Positions 20,653 to 30,796 of a stretch of 64,000 nucleotides of DNA are shown one piece after another (positions within the stretch are counted from its first letter, which is position 1; the number at the start of each line of letters is the position of its first letter). The notes beneath the pieces are model-generated. The model made no database searches. It saw only the letters and a list, made by a program, of their open reading frames with translations, and was not told where the DNA came from. A program made the translations under genes and the position numbers. Origin of the DNA: an uncultured Pelagibacteraceae bacterium (GTDB taxonomy: Bacteria; Pseudomonadota; Alphaproteobacteria; Pelagibacterales; AG-422-B15). The stretch covers positions 13,255 to 77,254 of the forward strand of contig CABZIW010000005.1 of assembly GCA_902526005.1 (NCBI GenBank), given 5' to 3'.

Positions 20653-22449
20653 ATGAATAAATATAGAACGCACAATTGTAACCAGCTTAGATTAGAAGAT
20701 GCTGGTTCTAAAGTATCATTGGCTGGGTGGATAAATAGAAAAAGAGATCACGGCAATGTACTATTTGTTGACTTAAGGGATCATTATGGCGTTACTCAAT
20801 GTGTAATTGAGAAAGCAAATACTAAATTGCTAAACTTAGTAGACAGCTTAAGAGTTGAGACCGTTATTAAAATTGATGGCACTGTTATAAAAAGAGAGCC
20901 TGATACTATTAATAAATCACTAAATACAGGTACCATTGAAATCGCAGTTGATAGTGTAGAAGTATTGTCTGAGGCAAAGGAGTTGCCTATGCCAGTTTTT
21001 GGTGAAAACGACTATCCAGAAGAAATTAGATTGAAGTATAGATTTCTTGATATTCGAAGAGAGGAATTGCATAAAAATATTGTTCTAAGATCCTCAATTA
21101 TTTCCCACATTAGAAAGCTCATGTCTGACGCTGGTTTTTTAGAAATGCAAACACCAATACTTACAGCTTCTAGTCCAGAAGGGGCTAGAGATTACTTGGT
21201 ACCAAGCAGGATTCATCCAGGAAAATTTTACGCTCTTCCTCAAGCCCCACAGCAATTTAAGCAATTAATTATGGCGGGAGGATTTGATAAATATTTTCAA
21301 ATAGCCCCTTGTTTTAGAGATGAAGATGCAAGAGCAGATAGAAGTCCTGGCGAATTTTATCAATTAGATATGGAAATGGCATTTGTTGAGCAAGACGATG
21401 TGTTTAACGCCATTGAACCCATTTTACACTCTGTATTTACAACTTTTTCTGATTTTAACGTTACAGAAACACCTTTTCCAAGAATTACATATGCCGATGC
21501 TATGAGCAGGTATGGAACAGATAAACCTGACCTTAGAAATCCAATAAATATTTCTAATTTAACTAAGGAATTTAATGATGACAAAGTTGAATTTAGTGCA
21601 TTTAAAAAAATTATAGAAGAGGGGGGTGAGGTTATTGGAATACCAGCACCTGACTCGAGTCAAAAACCTAGAAGTTTTTTTGATAATCTTAATAATTGGG
21701 CAAGAAAAGAAATGAATGCTGCTGGTTTAGGTTATATTGTTTTTGATAAAAGCTCTTCTGGCGTAGAAGGAAAAGGGCCTATTGCAAAATTTACCCCATC
21801 TGAAATTCAAGAAATGATATTAAACAAAGCAGGTCTTAAGGCCGGAGACTCAATTTTCTTTGCATGCGCTAAAGGCAAAGAAGTTTATGATATTGCTGCT
21901 GCAGCCAGAGATAAAATTGCAAAAGATCTGGATCTAATTGAAAAGGGAGTATTTAAGTTTTGTTGGATTGTCGATTTTCCCATGTATGAAAAGGATAAAG
22001 AAACTGGAAAAATTGATTTTAGTCATAATCCTTTCTCAATGCCGCAAGGTGGATTAGAAGCACTCAATAATTCTGATCCTTTAAATATTTTAGGTTATCA
22101 ATATGATATTGTTTGTAATGGCGTAGAGCTATCTTCAGGCGCTATACGAAATCACGTTCCAGAAATTATGTATAAGGCCTTTGAAATAGCTGGCTACAAT
22201 AAAGATCAAGTGCATGAAAAATTTGGAGGCATGATAAACGCTTTTACTTATGGCGTACCTCCTCATGGCGGCATTGCACCAGGAATAGACAGAATAGTCA
22301 TGCTGCTTGCTCAAGAAAAAAATATTCGTGAGGTAATATTGTTCCCAATGAATCAACAGGCACAGGATCTGATGATGCTGGCACCTGCTGAAGTCGACAA
22401 GACTACACTTGATGAGTTGAATTTAGAAGTTAAACCAACTGATGAATAA
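20653..22449 (+). CDS. aspS: aspartyl-tRNA synthetase
   Basis: 598 aa. OB-fold N-terminus, class II motif 2 [21 protein letters not shown] and motif 3 [13 protein letters not shown]. Confidence 0.95.
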   Translation: MNKYRTHNCNQLRLEDAGSKVSLAGWINRKRDHGNVLFVDLRDHYGVTQCVIEKANTKLLNLVDSLRVETVIKIDGTVIKREPDTINKSLNTGTIEIAVDSVEVLSEAKELPMPVFGENDYPEEIRLKYRFLDIRREELHKNIVLRSSIISHIRKLMSDAGFLEMQTPILTASSPEGARDYLVPSRIHPGKFYALPQAPQQFKQLIMAGGFDKYFQIAPCFRDEDARADRSPGEFYQLDMEMAFVEQDDVFNAIEPILHSVFTTFSDFNVTETPFPRITYADAMSRYGTDKPDLRNPINISNLTKEFNDDKVEFSAFKKIIEEGGEVIGIPAPDSSQKPRSFFDNLNNWARKEMNAAGLGYIVFDKSSSGVEGKGPIAKFTPSEIQEMILNKAGLKAGDSIFFACAKGKEVYDIAAAARDKIAKDLDLIEKGVFKFCWIVDFPMYEKDKETGKIDFSHNPFSMPQGGLEALNNSDPLNILGYQYDIVCNGVELSSGAIRNHVPEIMYKAFEIAGYNKDQVHEKFGGMINAFTYGVPPHGGIAPGIDRIVMLLAQEKNIREVILFPMNQQAQDLMMLAPAEVDKTTLDELNLEVKPTDE

Positions 22450-22450
22450 A

Positions 22451-25400
22451 TTATGAGCAGCCAGTTGTGGCACCACAAGTATCGCATTTTAAACAAGTGC
22501 CATTTCTAACAAGAGTAAAAGAACCACACTCAGGACAAGCATCCCCTTCGTAGCCCATCATTCTTGCAGCTTGAACTCTACTCATTGATTGATCAGATGT
22601 AGAGCCCGTGCTTACTGCAGCACTAATTGGCGCTTGTTCAGCTGAAACAGTCTCCATACTTCCATTTGAACTAACTACTGAAAGTCCATCCTGACCACGT
22701 AAATAACCCTGGCTTGAAACTTTTTTAACAAGCTTCCATGGGATTTCGTTATTTTTTAGAGTTCCTTCCTCAGCACCAGTTCCAAGTGAGAAATCAACAT
22801 CAGTATTATCTGCATGAGCCAGATCATTCCTGCCTAGGTAAGAAACAGCGAGTTCTCTGAATACATAATCTAAAATAGATGTTGCATTTTTAATTCTATT
22901 GTTACCTTGCACTACTCCAGCCGGATCAAATCTGGTAAAAGTATAGGCTTCCACATACTCTTCTAGTGGAACTCCATATTGAAGACCAATTGATATTGCA
23001 ATTGCAAAATTATTCATCAGACTCCTCAGGAAAGCTCCCTCTTTATGCATATCAATAAAGATTTCACCTAAGCTACCATCCTCATACTCTCCGGTATGAA
23101 GATAAACTTTATGGCCTCCTACAATAGCTTTTTGAATGTATCCTTTTCTTCTATCTGGAACTTTATTTCTTGAACCGTAAACAACAGAATTCATGGCCTC
23201 TTTGGCAACAGCAATCGTTCTATCAATTTGGTTATCCGGTTGTTCTATTTCCTCTTCAACATCCTCATCAACAAGTTTTGATGCAAGTGGTTGACTTAAT
23301 TTTGAGCCATCACGATAGAGAGCGTTTGCTTTTGTACCGAGTTTCCAAGACAGTAAATAAGCTTCATTACAATCTTCCACATTAGATTCTGCAGGCATGT
23401 TGATCGTTTTTGATATAGCTCCTGATATAAAAGGCTGAGCCGCTGCCATCATGCGTATATGACTTTCTACAGATAAATATCTTTTACCGATCCTACCGCA
23501 CGGATTCGCGCAATCGAATACAGCTAAATGATCATCTTTGATATGCGGTGAGCCCTCTAAGGTCATGGTGCCGCAGCAGAAGGTATTTGCTTCATCGATT
23601 TCATCATTTGTAAAACCTAAAGCAGTTAGCATATTAAAATTCATGTCAGTAAGCTGTTCTTCTGAAAAATTCAGCTTCTCTTTACAGAATTCCATACCGA
23701 GAGTATATGAATTGAAAGAAAATCGAATATCAAAAACATTCTTTAAATTTTGTTCAAGAAGTTCGATTTGTTCCTCTTCAAAGCCTTTTTCTTTTAGAGT
23801 CTCGTGATTTATAGCGGGTGCATTGTTAAGCGTACCGTGACCAACGGCATAATTAATTGTTTCTTCAATTTCATCCTCTGTGTATTGAAGTTGCCTTAAT
23901 GCTTCTGGAACAGTTCTATTTATAATCTTGAAGTAACCACCTCCAGCAAGTTTCTTGAATTTAACCATTGCAAAATCAGGTTCGATACCTGTTGTATCAC
24001 AGTCCATTACAAGACCAATGGTTCCAGTTGGCGCAATTACTGTTGTCTGTGCATTTCTAAAACCAAACTTTTGACCATTCTCATAAGCTTGATCCCATGC
24101 ACTTTGCGCTTCCATTCCTAAGTTTGTATCTCTTAAATCTTCAACTACAAATGGCACAGGATTAATATGTAAACCTTCATACTCATCAGTCTTACCATAT
24201 GCGGCTCTTCTATGATTTCTCATAACACGAAGCATATTTTTAGAGTTTTGTTGATATCCGGGGAAGGGGCCTTGTTCGGATGCAACTTCAGCTGAAGTTG
24301 CATAAGATATGCCAGTCATTAAAGCTGTTATGGCTGCACAATTTGCCCTTCCTTCTTCACTATCGTAGGCTACTCCTTTAGACATTAGGTAGCCACCTAA
24401 ATTCGCATATCCAAGACCAAGTGTCCTGTATTCATAAGAGAGTTTAGCTATTTCTTTTGACGGAAATTGAGCCATCATGACTGAAATTTCCAATATTAAT
24501 GTCCATATTCTTACAGCATGTTTGAATAAGTCAGTGTTTAAACATTTGTTCTCATCCATAAATGTCATTAGATTTAGAGATGCTAAGTTGCAGGCTGTAT
24601 TGTCTAAGAACATGTACTCTGAGCAAGGATTTGATGCTCTAATTTCCCCACTTTCTGGGCATGTGTGCCAATCATTAATTGTCGTATGGAACTGAATACC
24701 AGGATCAGCACAGGCCCAAGCAGAATATCCAACTTGATCCCAAAGGTCTTTTGCCTTTACCGTTTTACTCACTGAATTGTCAATTCTATTAATTAAGTTC
24801 CAATCTTTGTCTTCAATTACAGCATTTAAAAAATCGTCAGTAACTCGAACTGAATTATTTGAATTCTGACCAGAAACCGTCACATAAGCCTCTGAATCCC
24901 AATCTGTATTATAAGTCTCAAATTCTATGGATTTATATCCTTGCTTTGCAAAATGTATAATCCTTTGAATATAATTTTCAGGAACTTCATTTTTTCTTGC
25001 AGCAATAATTTCTCTTTTTAAAGCTGGGTTTTTTGCAGGTTCAAAACAACTTTCACCATCAGCTTCGCAGTTGTGGCAGGCATTCATAATAGTTTTAAGA
25101 TGTTTTGAACATATTTTTGATCCAGTAACAATGGATGCAACTTTTTGTTCTTCTGTAACTTTCCATTTAATAAACTCTTCAATATCAGGATGATCTATAT
25201 CTACTACAACCATCTTTGCAGCTCTTCTAGTTGTACCACCTGATTTAATTGCCCCCGCAGCTCTATCACCAATTTTAAGAAAACTCATCAGTCCAGAAGA
25301 TTTTCCTCCGCCAGACAAACCTTCTGAAGAGCCTCTTAGATTTGAGAAGTTTGTTCCAGTTCCTGATCCATACTTAAAGAGTCTCGCTTCACGGACCCAT

Positions 25401-26035
25401 AAATCCATAATACCACCATCGTTTACTAAATCATCATCTATGCTCTGAATGAAGCACGCGTGTGGTTGAGGTCTCTCGTAAGAACTTGAAGATCTAGTTA
25501 GCTTTCCAGTTTCATGGTCCACATAAAAATGACCTTGAGAAGGACCATCAATTCCATAGGCCCAGTTTAATCCCGTGTTAAACCATTGAGGACTGTTTGG
25601 TGCAACCATTTGATTAGCGAGCATATAACGAACTTCATCAAAAAAAGCTTTGGCATCATCTTCTGATGAAAAATAACCACCTTTCCATCCCCAATATGTC
25701 CACGCTCCTGCAAGTCTATCAAAAACTTGCTGCGAGCTTGTCTCGGACGAATAGCTTACTTCTCCGTCACTATCATCAGCAATTCTTGGGGCAAGCCATG
25801 ATGGAATATTTTTTTCATCTGTTCGTTTTAGTTTTGACGGAACACCAGCTTTTCTAAAATATTTCTGAGAGAGAATATCGCTAGCAACTTGACTCCATTG
25901 TTCTGGTACCTCAAAATTTTCTAATTTAAATACAAGAGATCCATCAGGATTGACTATTTCACTTGAAACCTTTTTAAAATTTATGCTTTCGTATGGCGAT
26001 TGATTAGCAATTGTAAATTCTCTATTTATTTTCAT
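22451..26035 (-). CDS. nrdJ: adenosylcobalamin-dependent ribonucleotide reductase, class II (long form)
   Basis: 1194 aa. RNR core motifs (NPCSEY with the active-site Cys, [17 protein letters not shown]) and a C-terminal Cys-rich zinc ribbon, [22 protein letters not shown]. Length and tail match alphaproteobacterial NrdJ. Confidence 0.9.
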   Translation of the reverse strand: MKINREFTIANQSPYESINFKKVSSEIVNPDGSLVFKLENFEVPEQWSQVASDILSQKYFRKAGVPSKLKRTDEKNIPSWLAPRIADDSDGEVSYSSETSSQQVFDRLAGAWTYWGWKGGYFSSEDDAKAFFDEVRYMLANQMVAPNSPQWFNTGLNWAYGIDGPSQGHFYVDHETGKLTRSSSSYERPQPHACFIQSIDDDLVNDGGIMDLWVREARLFKYGSGTGTNFSNLRGSSEGLSGGGKSSGLMSFLKIGDRAAGAIKSGGTTRRAAKMVVVDIDHPDIEEFIKWKVTEEQKVASIVTGSKICSKHLKTIMNACHNCEADGESCFEPAKNPALKREIIAARKNEVPENYIQRIIHFAKQGYKSIEFETYNTDWDSEAYVTVSGQNSNNSVRVTDDFLNAVIEDKDWNLINRIDNSVSKTVKAKDLWDQVGYSAWACADPGIQFHTTINDWHTCPESGEIRASNPCSEYMFLDNTACNLASLNLMTFMDENKCLNTDLFKHAVRIWTLILEISVMMAQFPSKEIAKLSYEYRTLGLGYANLGGYLMSKGVAYDSEEGRANCAAITALMTGISYATSAEVASEQGPFPGYQQNSKNMLRVMRNHRRAAYGKTDEYEGLHINPVPFVVEDLRDTNLGMEAQSAWDQAYENGQKFGFRNAQTTVIAPTGTIGLVMDCDTTGIEPDFAMVKFKKLAGGGYFKIINRTVPEALRQLQYTEDEIEETINYAVGHGTLNNAPAINHETLKEKGFEEEQIELLEQNLKNVFDIRFSFNSYTLGMEFCKEKLNFSEEQLTDMNFNMLTALGFTNDEIDEANTFCCGTMTLEGSPHIKDDHLAVFDCANPCGRIGKRYLSVESHIRMMAAAQPFISGAISKTINMPAESNVEDCNEAYLLSWKLGTKANALYRDGSKLSQPLASKLVDEDVEEEIEQPDNQIDRTIAVAKEAMNSVVYGSRNKVPDRRKGYIQKAIVGGHKVYLHTGEYEDGSLGEIFIDMHKEGAFLRSLMNNFAIAISIGLQYGVPLEEYVEAYTFTRFDPAGVVQGNNRIKNATSILDYVFRELAVSYLGRNDLAHADNTDVDFSLGTGAEEGTLKNNEIPWKLVKKVSSQGYLRGQDGLSVVSSNGSMETVSAEQAPISAAVSTGSTSDQSMSRVQAARMMGYEGDACPECGSFTLVRNGTCLKCDTCGATTGCS

Positions 26036-26183
26036 TATTTTCCCTTCTAAAATATAGTCATTGCAACAGACGAGCTTATAAAAAAACCAATATCAATAAT
26101 TTAATGGTCTCGACCGTAAATTGTGCCAGAATGCTAAATGAGTAACTTTCTAGATTATTGATAATTTATTATTTGAAAAATGA

Positions 26184-26230
26184 AGTCAACATATTGTGTA
26201 AAAAAAATTGAAAACCACTATATAAGGTAT
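26184..26230. promoter_or_regulatory. tandem NrdR-box-like operators upstream of nrdJ
   Basis: AGTCAACATATTGTGT (26184-26199) matches my recollection of the NrdR-box consensus acaCwAtATaTwgTgt at 13/16. CCACTATATAAGGTAT (26215-26230) matches at 12/16. The starts are 31 nt apart, about three helical turns, which is the usual tandem spacing. Box 1 overlaps a TTGACT -35-like hexamer on the nrdJ strand. Confidence 0.5.
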
Positions 26231-26346
26231 AGAAAATGTTATCAAAATTAAAAAAAGTCAATATTTTCAGTATTTTATCTATTCAAGATAATTCACTAAT
26301 TGTTGAAAAAACTGTTAATTTTAAGCTTAATAATTCATAAATTATC

Positions 26347-26715
26347 ATGTTGAGAGAGATATTTACTTGGTGGAACGGAAAGACCATAGGTACCAGAATT
26401 TGGTCATATTTTAATGGAGTTTTGGTCGGAACTGATGATCGGGGTAATAAATATTATAAAAATAAAAAAGATACTAAGAGGTGGGTTATTTACAGCAGCA
26501 TAATTGAATCAACTCTTGTTAACCCGGAATGGAACAACTGGCTTAGATACACTTCATTATCAAAACCATCAGAATCTGAAAAACATGATTGGCAGATAAA
26601 CCATGTACCGAATTTAACAGGCACTGATGCTGCCTATAACCCAGAAAATAGTAAAAAAGAAATAAAGTCAGTTGCTAAAAATGATGATTATAAAAAATGG
26701 AGTCCAAAAGATTAA
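26347..26715 (+). CDS. NADH:ubiquinone oxidoreductase subunit NDUFA12 (B17.2)-like protein
   Basis: 122 aa. WWNGKTIGT...GVLVGTDDRGNKYYKNKKDTKRWVIY...VNPEWNNWLRYT follows the NDUFA12 pattern (G-x-D-x-x-GNKYYE...RWV-Y...P-EW-x-WLH). Confidence 0.8.
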   Translation: MLREIFTWWNGKTIGTRIWSYFNGVLVGTDDRGNKYYKNKKDTKRWVIYSSIIESTLVNPEWNNWLRYTSLSKPSESEKHDWQINHVPNLTGTDAAYNPENSKKEIKSVAKNDDYKKWSPKD

Positions 26716-27193
26716 AATAATATTTGATATATTATTTTTGAGTTTATTTTTGCTTTCTAATCTCTTTGCTCAAAATATTGATGATCTACCATTGATAAAT
26801 TTAAATGAACTTGAACCCACCTATGAAGATGAAGTTTTAGATCAAAACATTGAAAATGATTTAAATGATAAAGATTTTATTCAGAGTAAAAATAAAAATT
26901 TTGAAGAGCCGTTCGCAACCGTCAGTTTATTAAACAAAATTACAGCAGAAGTTAAAACCATAGATATTAAATTGAAAGAAAACTATCTTTATGAAGAATT
27001 AAAAATTTATGTGATCGATTGCTATAATAGTAAGCCATTAGAAAAAGCAGAAACAGCAGTATATTTGAATATTTATAACGATAAAACGATGAAAAAAATA
27101 TTTAATGGGTGGATGATAAAATCTCTGCCATCAATCTCATCAATGGAACACCCAATATATGATCTCTGGGTAGATGATTGCAATAAACTATAG
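26672..27193 (+). CDS. secreted hypothetical protein (DUF2155-like)
   Basis: 173 aa in the longest form. Alternative Met starts at 26681 and 26684 reduce the overlap with the upstream gene. It has a signal peptide and a single conserved Cys (YVIDCYNSKP). It sits immediately downstream of the NDUFA12-like gene, where I recall DUF2155 proteins in alphaproteobacteria. Confidence 0.5.
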   Translation: MLKMMIIKNGVQKIKIIFDILFLSLFLLSNLFAQNIDDLPLINLNELEPTYEDEVLDQNIENDLNDKDFIQSKNKNFEEPFATVSLLNKITAEVKTIDIKLKENYLYEELKIYVIDCYNSKPLEKAETAVYLNIYNDKTMKKIFNGWMIKSLPSISSMEHPIYDLWVDDCNKL

Positions 27194-28528
27194 CTTTTCA
27201 ATATTATTTTCTAACCAATTTATAGCCACCCCTCCATTCTTAAACTCAGGAGAAGATAGTATTCTTTTATGAAGCTCAATGTTAGTATCAATTCCGTCAA
27301 TTACAATTTCATTAAGTGACCTCAAGGCGCGCTTGATTGCATGATTGCGTGTTCTACCAGTAGAGATTAACTTCGCCAATAAATTATCATAATAGTGCGG
27401 AACTTTATAGCCTGAATAAATAAAGGTATCTAGTCTAATTCCATTACCTGCGGGAGGATGGTACATTTCTATTTTGCCAGCAGATGGCTTGAAATCTTTT
27501 GAGCTTTCTGCATTTATTCTGCATTCAATTGAATGTCCGAGCGGTTTAATATTTTCTTGATTTGTAAAAATTTTATCTCCGTGAGCAACACATATTTGTT
27601 CTCTAACGAGATCCACTCTGGTTAACATTTCTGTGATAGGGTGTTCTACCTGAAGCCTTGTATTCATTTCCATGAAATAAAACTCCTTACCATCGAATAA
27701 AAATTCGAGAGTACCCAATCCCAAATAACCCATCTTTTCCATTGCATCAACGCAAGTCTTAAATAGTTTCTGTTTTTTTTTCTCATCTACATTGGGCGCA
27801 AGGGCCTCTTCGACAACTTTCTGATTACGTCTTTGTACAGAGCAGTCTCTTTCATGCAAATGAAGAAAATTGCCATGGGTGTCGCAGATTACTTGAACTT
27901 CAATATGTCGAGGTGAATCAATAAATTTTTCAATGTATATTGAGTCATTTCCAAAAAAAGAAAGCGCCTCCTGTTTAATTATTGGCAATGCGTCCTTTAA
28001 TTCTTTTTTAGAATTTACAATTTTCATCCCTCTACCACCACCTCCAGCACTGGCCTTAAGTAAAACAGGGTATCCTATTTCATCACTGGCTGTTAGTGCA
28101 TCAGACTCACTTTTGACTTCACCTTCAGAGCCTGGAACAGTTGGCACGCCAAATTTTTTCATTATTTTTTTAGCCTCAATTTTATCGCCCATCATTTCGA
28201 TATGAGAATGCTTTGGTCCAATAAAAGTTAATTTATGATCCTCAAGCATCTTGGCAAATGAAGCATTTTCAGAAAGAAAGCCATATCCTGGATGAACTGC
28301 TTGAGCGCCAGTAATTTCACATGCTGAAATTATGGCATGTGCATTTAAATAGCTTTTATTAACTGGGTTAGGCCCTATGCAAACACTTTCATCGGCAATT
28401 CTGACATGCATAGATTCAGTATCCGCTTCACTGTGAACAGCTACAGTTGAAATTCCAAGTTCTTGGCAGGCTCGATTTATTCTAACTGCAATTTCACCTC
28501 GGTTAGCAATAAGAACTTTGTCAAACAT
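27188..28528 (-). CDS. accC: acetyl-CoA carboxylase, biotin carboxylase subunit
   Basis: 446 aa. MFDKVLIANRGEIAVRI N-terminus, ATP-grasp glycine loop GGGGRGM, and EMNTRLQVEHPITE. Confidence 0.95.
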   Translation of the reverse strand: MFDKVLIANRGEIAVRINRACQELGISTVAVHSEADTESMHVRIADESVCIGPNPVNKSYLNAHAIISACEITGAQAVHPGYGFLSENASFAKMLEDHKLTFIGPKHSHIEMMGDKIEAKKIMKKFGVPTVPGSEGEVKSESDALTASDEIGYPVLLKASAGGGGRGMKIVNSKKELKDALPIIKQEALSFFGNDSIYIEKFIDSPRHIEVQVICDTHGNFLHLHERDCSVQRRNQKVVEEALAPNVDEKKKQKLFKTCVDAMEKMGYLGLGTLEFLFDGKEFYFMEMNTRLQVEHPITEMLTRVDLVREQICVAHGDKIFTNQENIKPLGHSIECRINAESSKDFKPSAGKIEMYHPPAGNGIRLDTFIYSGYKVPHYYDNLLAKLISTGRTRNHAIKRALRSLNEIVIDGIDTNIELHKRILSSPEFKNGGVAINWLENNIEKL

Positions 28529-28974
28529 TATCCTATGAGCATTAATGGTTGGCCAAACTCTACCGCTTGCTCATTTTCAACTAAAATTTTGATTACTTTT
28601 CCTTGCAGTGAAGATTCTATAGGATTCATTGTTTTCATTGCTTCAACAATAAGAATTGTTTGACCTGATTTAACAGAGTCACCAATATTTACAAATTTAT
28701 TAGCACCTGGCTCTGGTTGGAGGTAAACAGTTCCAACCATTGGAGATTTGATTACTCTTGGATCGTTTTTGTAATCATCTTCACTTACTTGTACTTCTGA
28801 ATTATTTTGAATTGGAATATCCTTATCAACAGGCTGTAAGCGAGCGCCTTTCGCAACTGTTACAGAAAAATCCCCATCTGAATATGAAACTTCAGTTAAA
28901 TTTAATTCTTCAAGAATTTTTGCTAAATCTTTTATTGGTTTTGGGTCGATATTTTTTTTTGACTTATCACTCAT
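28528..28974 (-). CDS. accB: acetyl-CoA carboxylase, biotin carboxyl carrier protein
   Basis: 148 aa with the biotinyl-lysine motif VEAMKTMN. Its stop and the accC start share a nucleotide. Confidence 0.95.
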   Translation of the reverse strand: MSDKSKKNIDPKPIKDLAKILEELNLTEVSYSDGDFSVTVAKGARLQPVDKDIPIQNNSEVQVSEDDYKNDPRVIKSPMVGTVYLQPEPGANKFVNIGDSVKSGQTILIVEAMKTMNPIESSLQGKVIKILVENEQAVEFGQPLMLIG

Positions 28975-28986
28975 AAGGTTATCCTT

Positions 28987-29430
28987 TTATATTAATTTAA
29001 CCATTCCTTCAACTGCGAGCACATAGCTATTTGGTCCAAACCCACAAATAACTCCGTGCACCCCTTTACTTATATATGAGTGATGTCTAAAGTCTTCTCT
29101 CCTAAATAAATTGGATAAATGAATTTCAATTTTTGGGATTTCTATTGTTAAAAGTGCATCCAATATTGCTACTGAGGTATGAGAAAAGCCACCCCCATTG
29201 ATTATCAGTCCAGATGCAGTATTTTTTGATTTTTGAATGCAGTCTACAATATCACCTTCAGAATTAGATTGAAAAAAATTCACATCAATTTCTTTGTAGT
29301 TTTGAGCAATGTAATCCCTTACAGTCTTGTGAACTTCATCCAAAGTCATAGATCCATAAATTTCTGGCTCTCTTTCACCGAGCATATTTAAATTGGGCCC
29401 ATCGACAAATTGTATAAACTTTTTACTCAT
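28987..29430 (-). CDS. aroQ: 3-dehydroquinate dehydratase, type II
   Basis: 147 aa with GPNLNMLGEREPEIYG and HLSNLFRRE. It lies in the conserved aroQ-accB-accC order. Confidence 0.95.
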   Translation of the reverse strand: MSKKFIQFVDGPNLNMLGEREPEIYGSMTLDEVHKTVRDYIAQNYKEIDVNFFQSNSEGDIVDCIQKSKNTASGLIINGGGFSHTSVAILDALLTIEIPKIEIHLSNLFRREDFRHHSYISKGVHGVICGFGPNSYVLAVEGMVKLI

Positions 29431-29452
29431 CTTTATATTATACTTCTAATCA

Positions 29453-30796
29453 TCATCTTTTTGAAACTTCTTTCTGTAAAATTTCAATTAAATCATTAGA
29501 TCGATACCATTCTGGAGAATTTTCCTCAATCTGTTTTAATGCTTTAAGCGCAAATTCATAAGATAATTCGCGTTCACCAATTAGAAAATATCGTTCAGCA
29601 GTAGCATAATTCGCCAGTGAAATTGATCCAGTTTGTGCGTATGCTCTAGACAATAAATACCATGCGTAGGCATTTTCTGAGTTGATAAGTAATGATTTTT
29701 TTAAATTTAAAATAGCTTCTGTTGATTTATTTGTTTCTTCGAAGGTTAACAAGTAATTACCCATCATCATGTAATATAAGTCATTTACTTTATCAATATT
29801 ATTAATTGCTGCTTCATGGTAAAAAGTAGCACTTTTATAGTCATTATTTGCAAAGTATATCTCACCCAAAAGTTCATTGTAAAACGGATTGGATGGATGT
29901 TTATTAATCAGCCGTTTCATATTTTCGATTGATTTCTTATGGTTACCTTGAAAATAGTTTGATACTGCAGTAGCGTACAAGTCTACGTCATTTATTGAGT
30001 TATAGACAGCCTCTGTTTCATAATGTGGGTGCGTAAAACCATGTAATTTAGCTTTTAATAGCTCAAATTTTTTTTGAAATATTTTATCTGTATTGTAATC
30101 ACAATCATTATAATTTTCTAAAGATGAATTGATCCATCCAATTCTATTTTGAACAAGTGGGTGAGTTGATCTATAATTATTTTCATCTAAGGCAAAAGAT
30201 TCATTAACATTCTCAATTTTTTTTAAGAATTCAATTAAAAATTTTCCATTAATTCCATTATTACATAAGAGCTTTACGGCAGCTTGATCTGCAGAAGCTT
30301 CCTGAGTTCTTGAATAATAAGAAAAATTGTCACTTACACTTGCTTGCCCAACCATTACTCCCGCTATCCCAGCATCAGTTGCTCCAGCAATCATACCAAT
30401 TATACCGAGTAAGTATATTGGCAATGCTTTATTAGATAGATTTGATATTTCAATTGATGTATTAAAAATATGTCCTCCTAAAATATGAGCTAGTTCGTGT
30501 GCAAGAACAGCGGCGTATTCTCTATAGTCATTAGCTGTCAAAATAAGTTCAGTATTTATAAAAATATTCTGACCTCCAGTTACAAATGCATTTACCTGAT
30601 CACTTTTTACAAAATAAATTTTTAAGTCTTCTGACTCAAGATTATTAGATTGTAATAACGTGGAGATAATATCATCAGTGAATTGCTCTAATTCAGTATC
30701 TCTAATAATTTCAAAGGCATTTGACTGAGAAAAAAGAAAATAAAATATAATAAAAAATTTAATTAAAAAATTACGACATTTCATTATTTTTGCCAC
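29453..30796 (-). CDS. periplasmic M48-family zinc metalloprotease with TPR region (BepA/YfgC-like)
   Basis: 447 aa. Signal peptide, HExxH as AHELAHILGGH, and a C-terminal helical-repeat (TPR-like) half. Confidence 0.7.
   Translation of the reverse strand: MAKIMKCRNFLIKFFIIFYFLFSQSNAFEIIRDTELEQFTDDIISTLLQSNNLESEDLKIYFVKSDQVNAFVTGGQNIFINTELILTANDYREYAAVLAHELAHILGGHIFNTSIEISNLSNKALPIYLLGIIGMIAGATDAGIAGVMVGQASVSDNFSYYSRTQEASADQAAVKLLCNNGINGKFLIEFLKKIENVNESFALDENNYRSTHPLVQNRIGWINSSLENYNDCDYNTDKIFQKKFELLKAKLHGFTHPHYETEAVYNSINDVDLYATAVSNYFQGNHKKSIENMKRLINKHPSNPFYNELLGEIYFANNDYKSATFYHEAAINNIDKVNDLYYMMMGNYLLTFEETNKSTEAILNLKKSLLINSENAYAWYLLSRAYAQTGSISLANYATAERYFLIGERELSYEFALKALKQIEENSPEWYRSNDLIEILQKEVSKR

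Noticed and set aside
23170-25857. Four + strand ORFs (63-89 aa) inside nrdJ.
   Set aside because: They are antisense to a long, motif-rich, confidently called gene. They have no motifs and are typical shadow ORFs.
26036-26346. Cobalamin riboswitch in the 311-bp nrdJ leader.
   Set aside because: I could find no B12-box-like GC-rich core (AGYCMGGAGACCKGCC-type) on either strand. The spacer is almost uniformly AT-rich. NrdJ uses B12 as a cofactor, and a B12-off riboswitch would not be expected on it.
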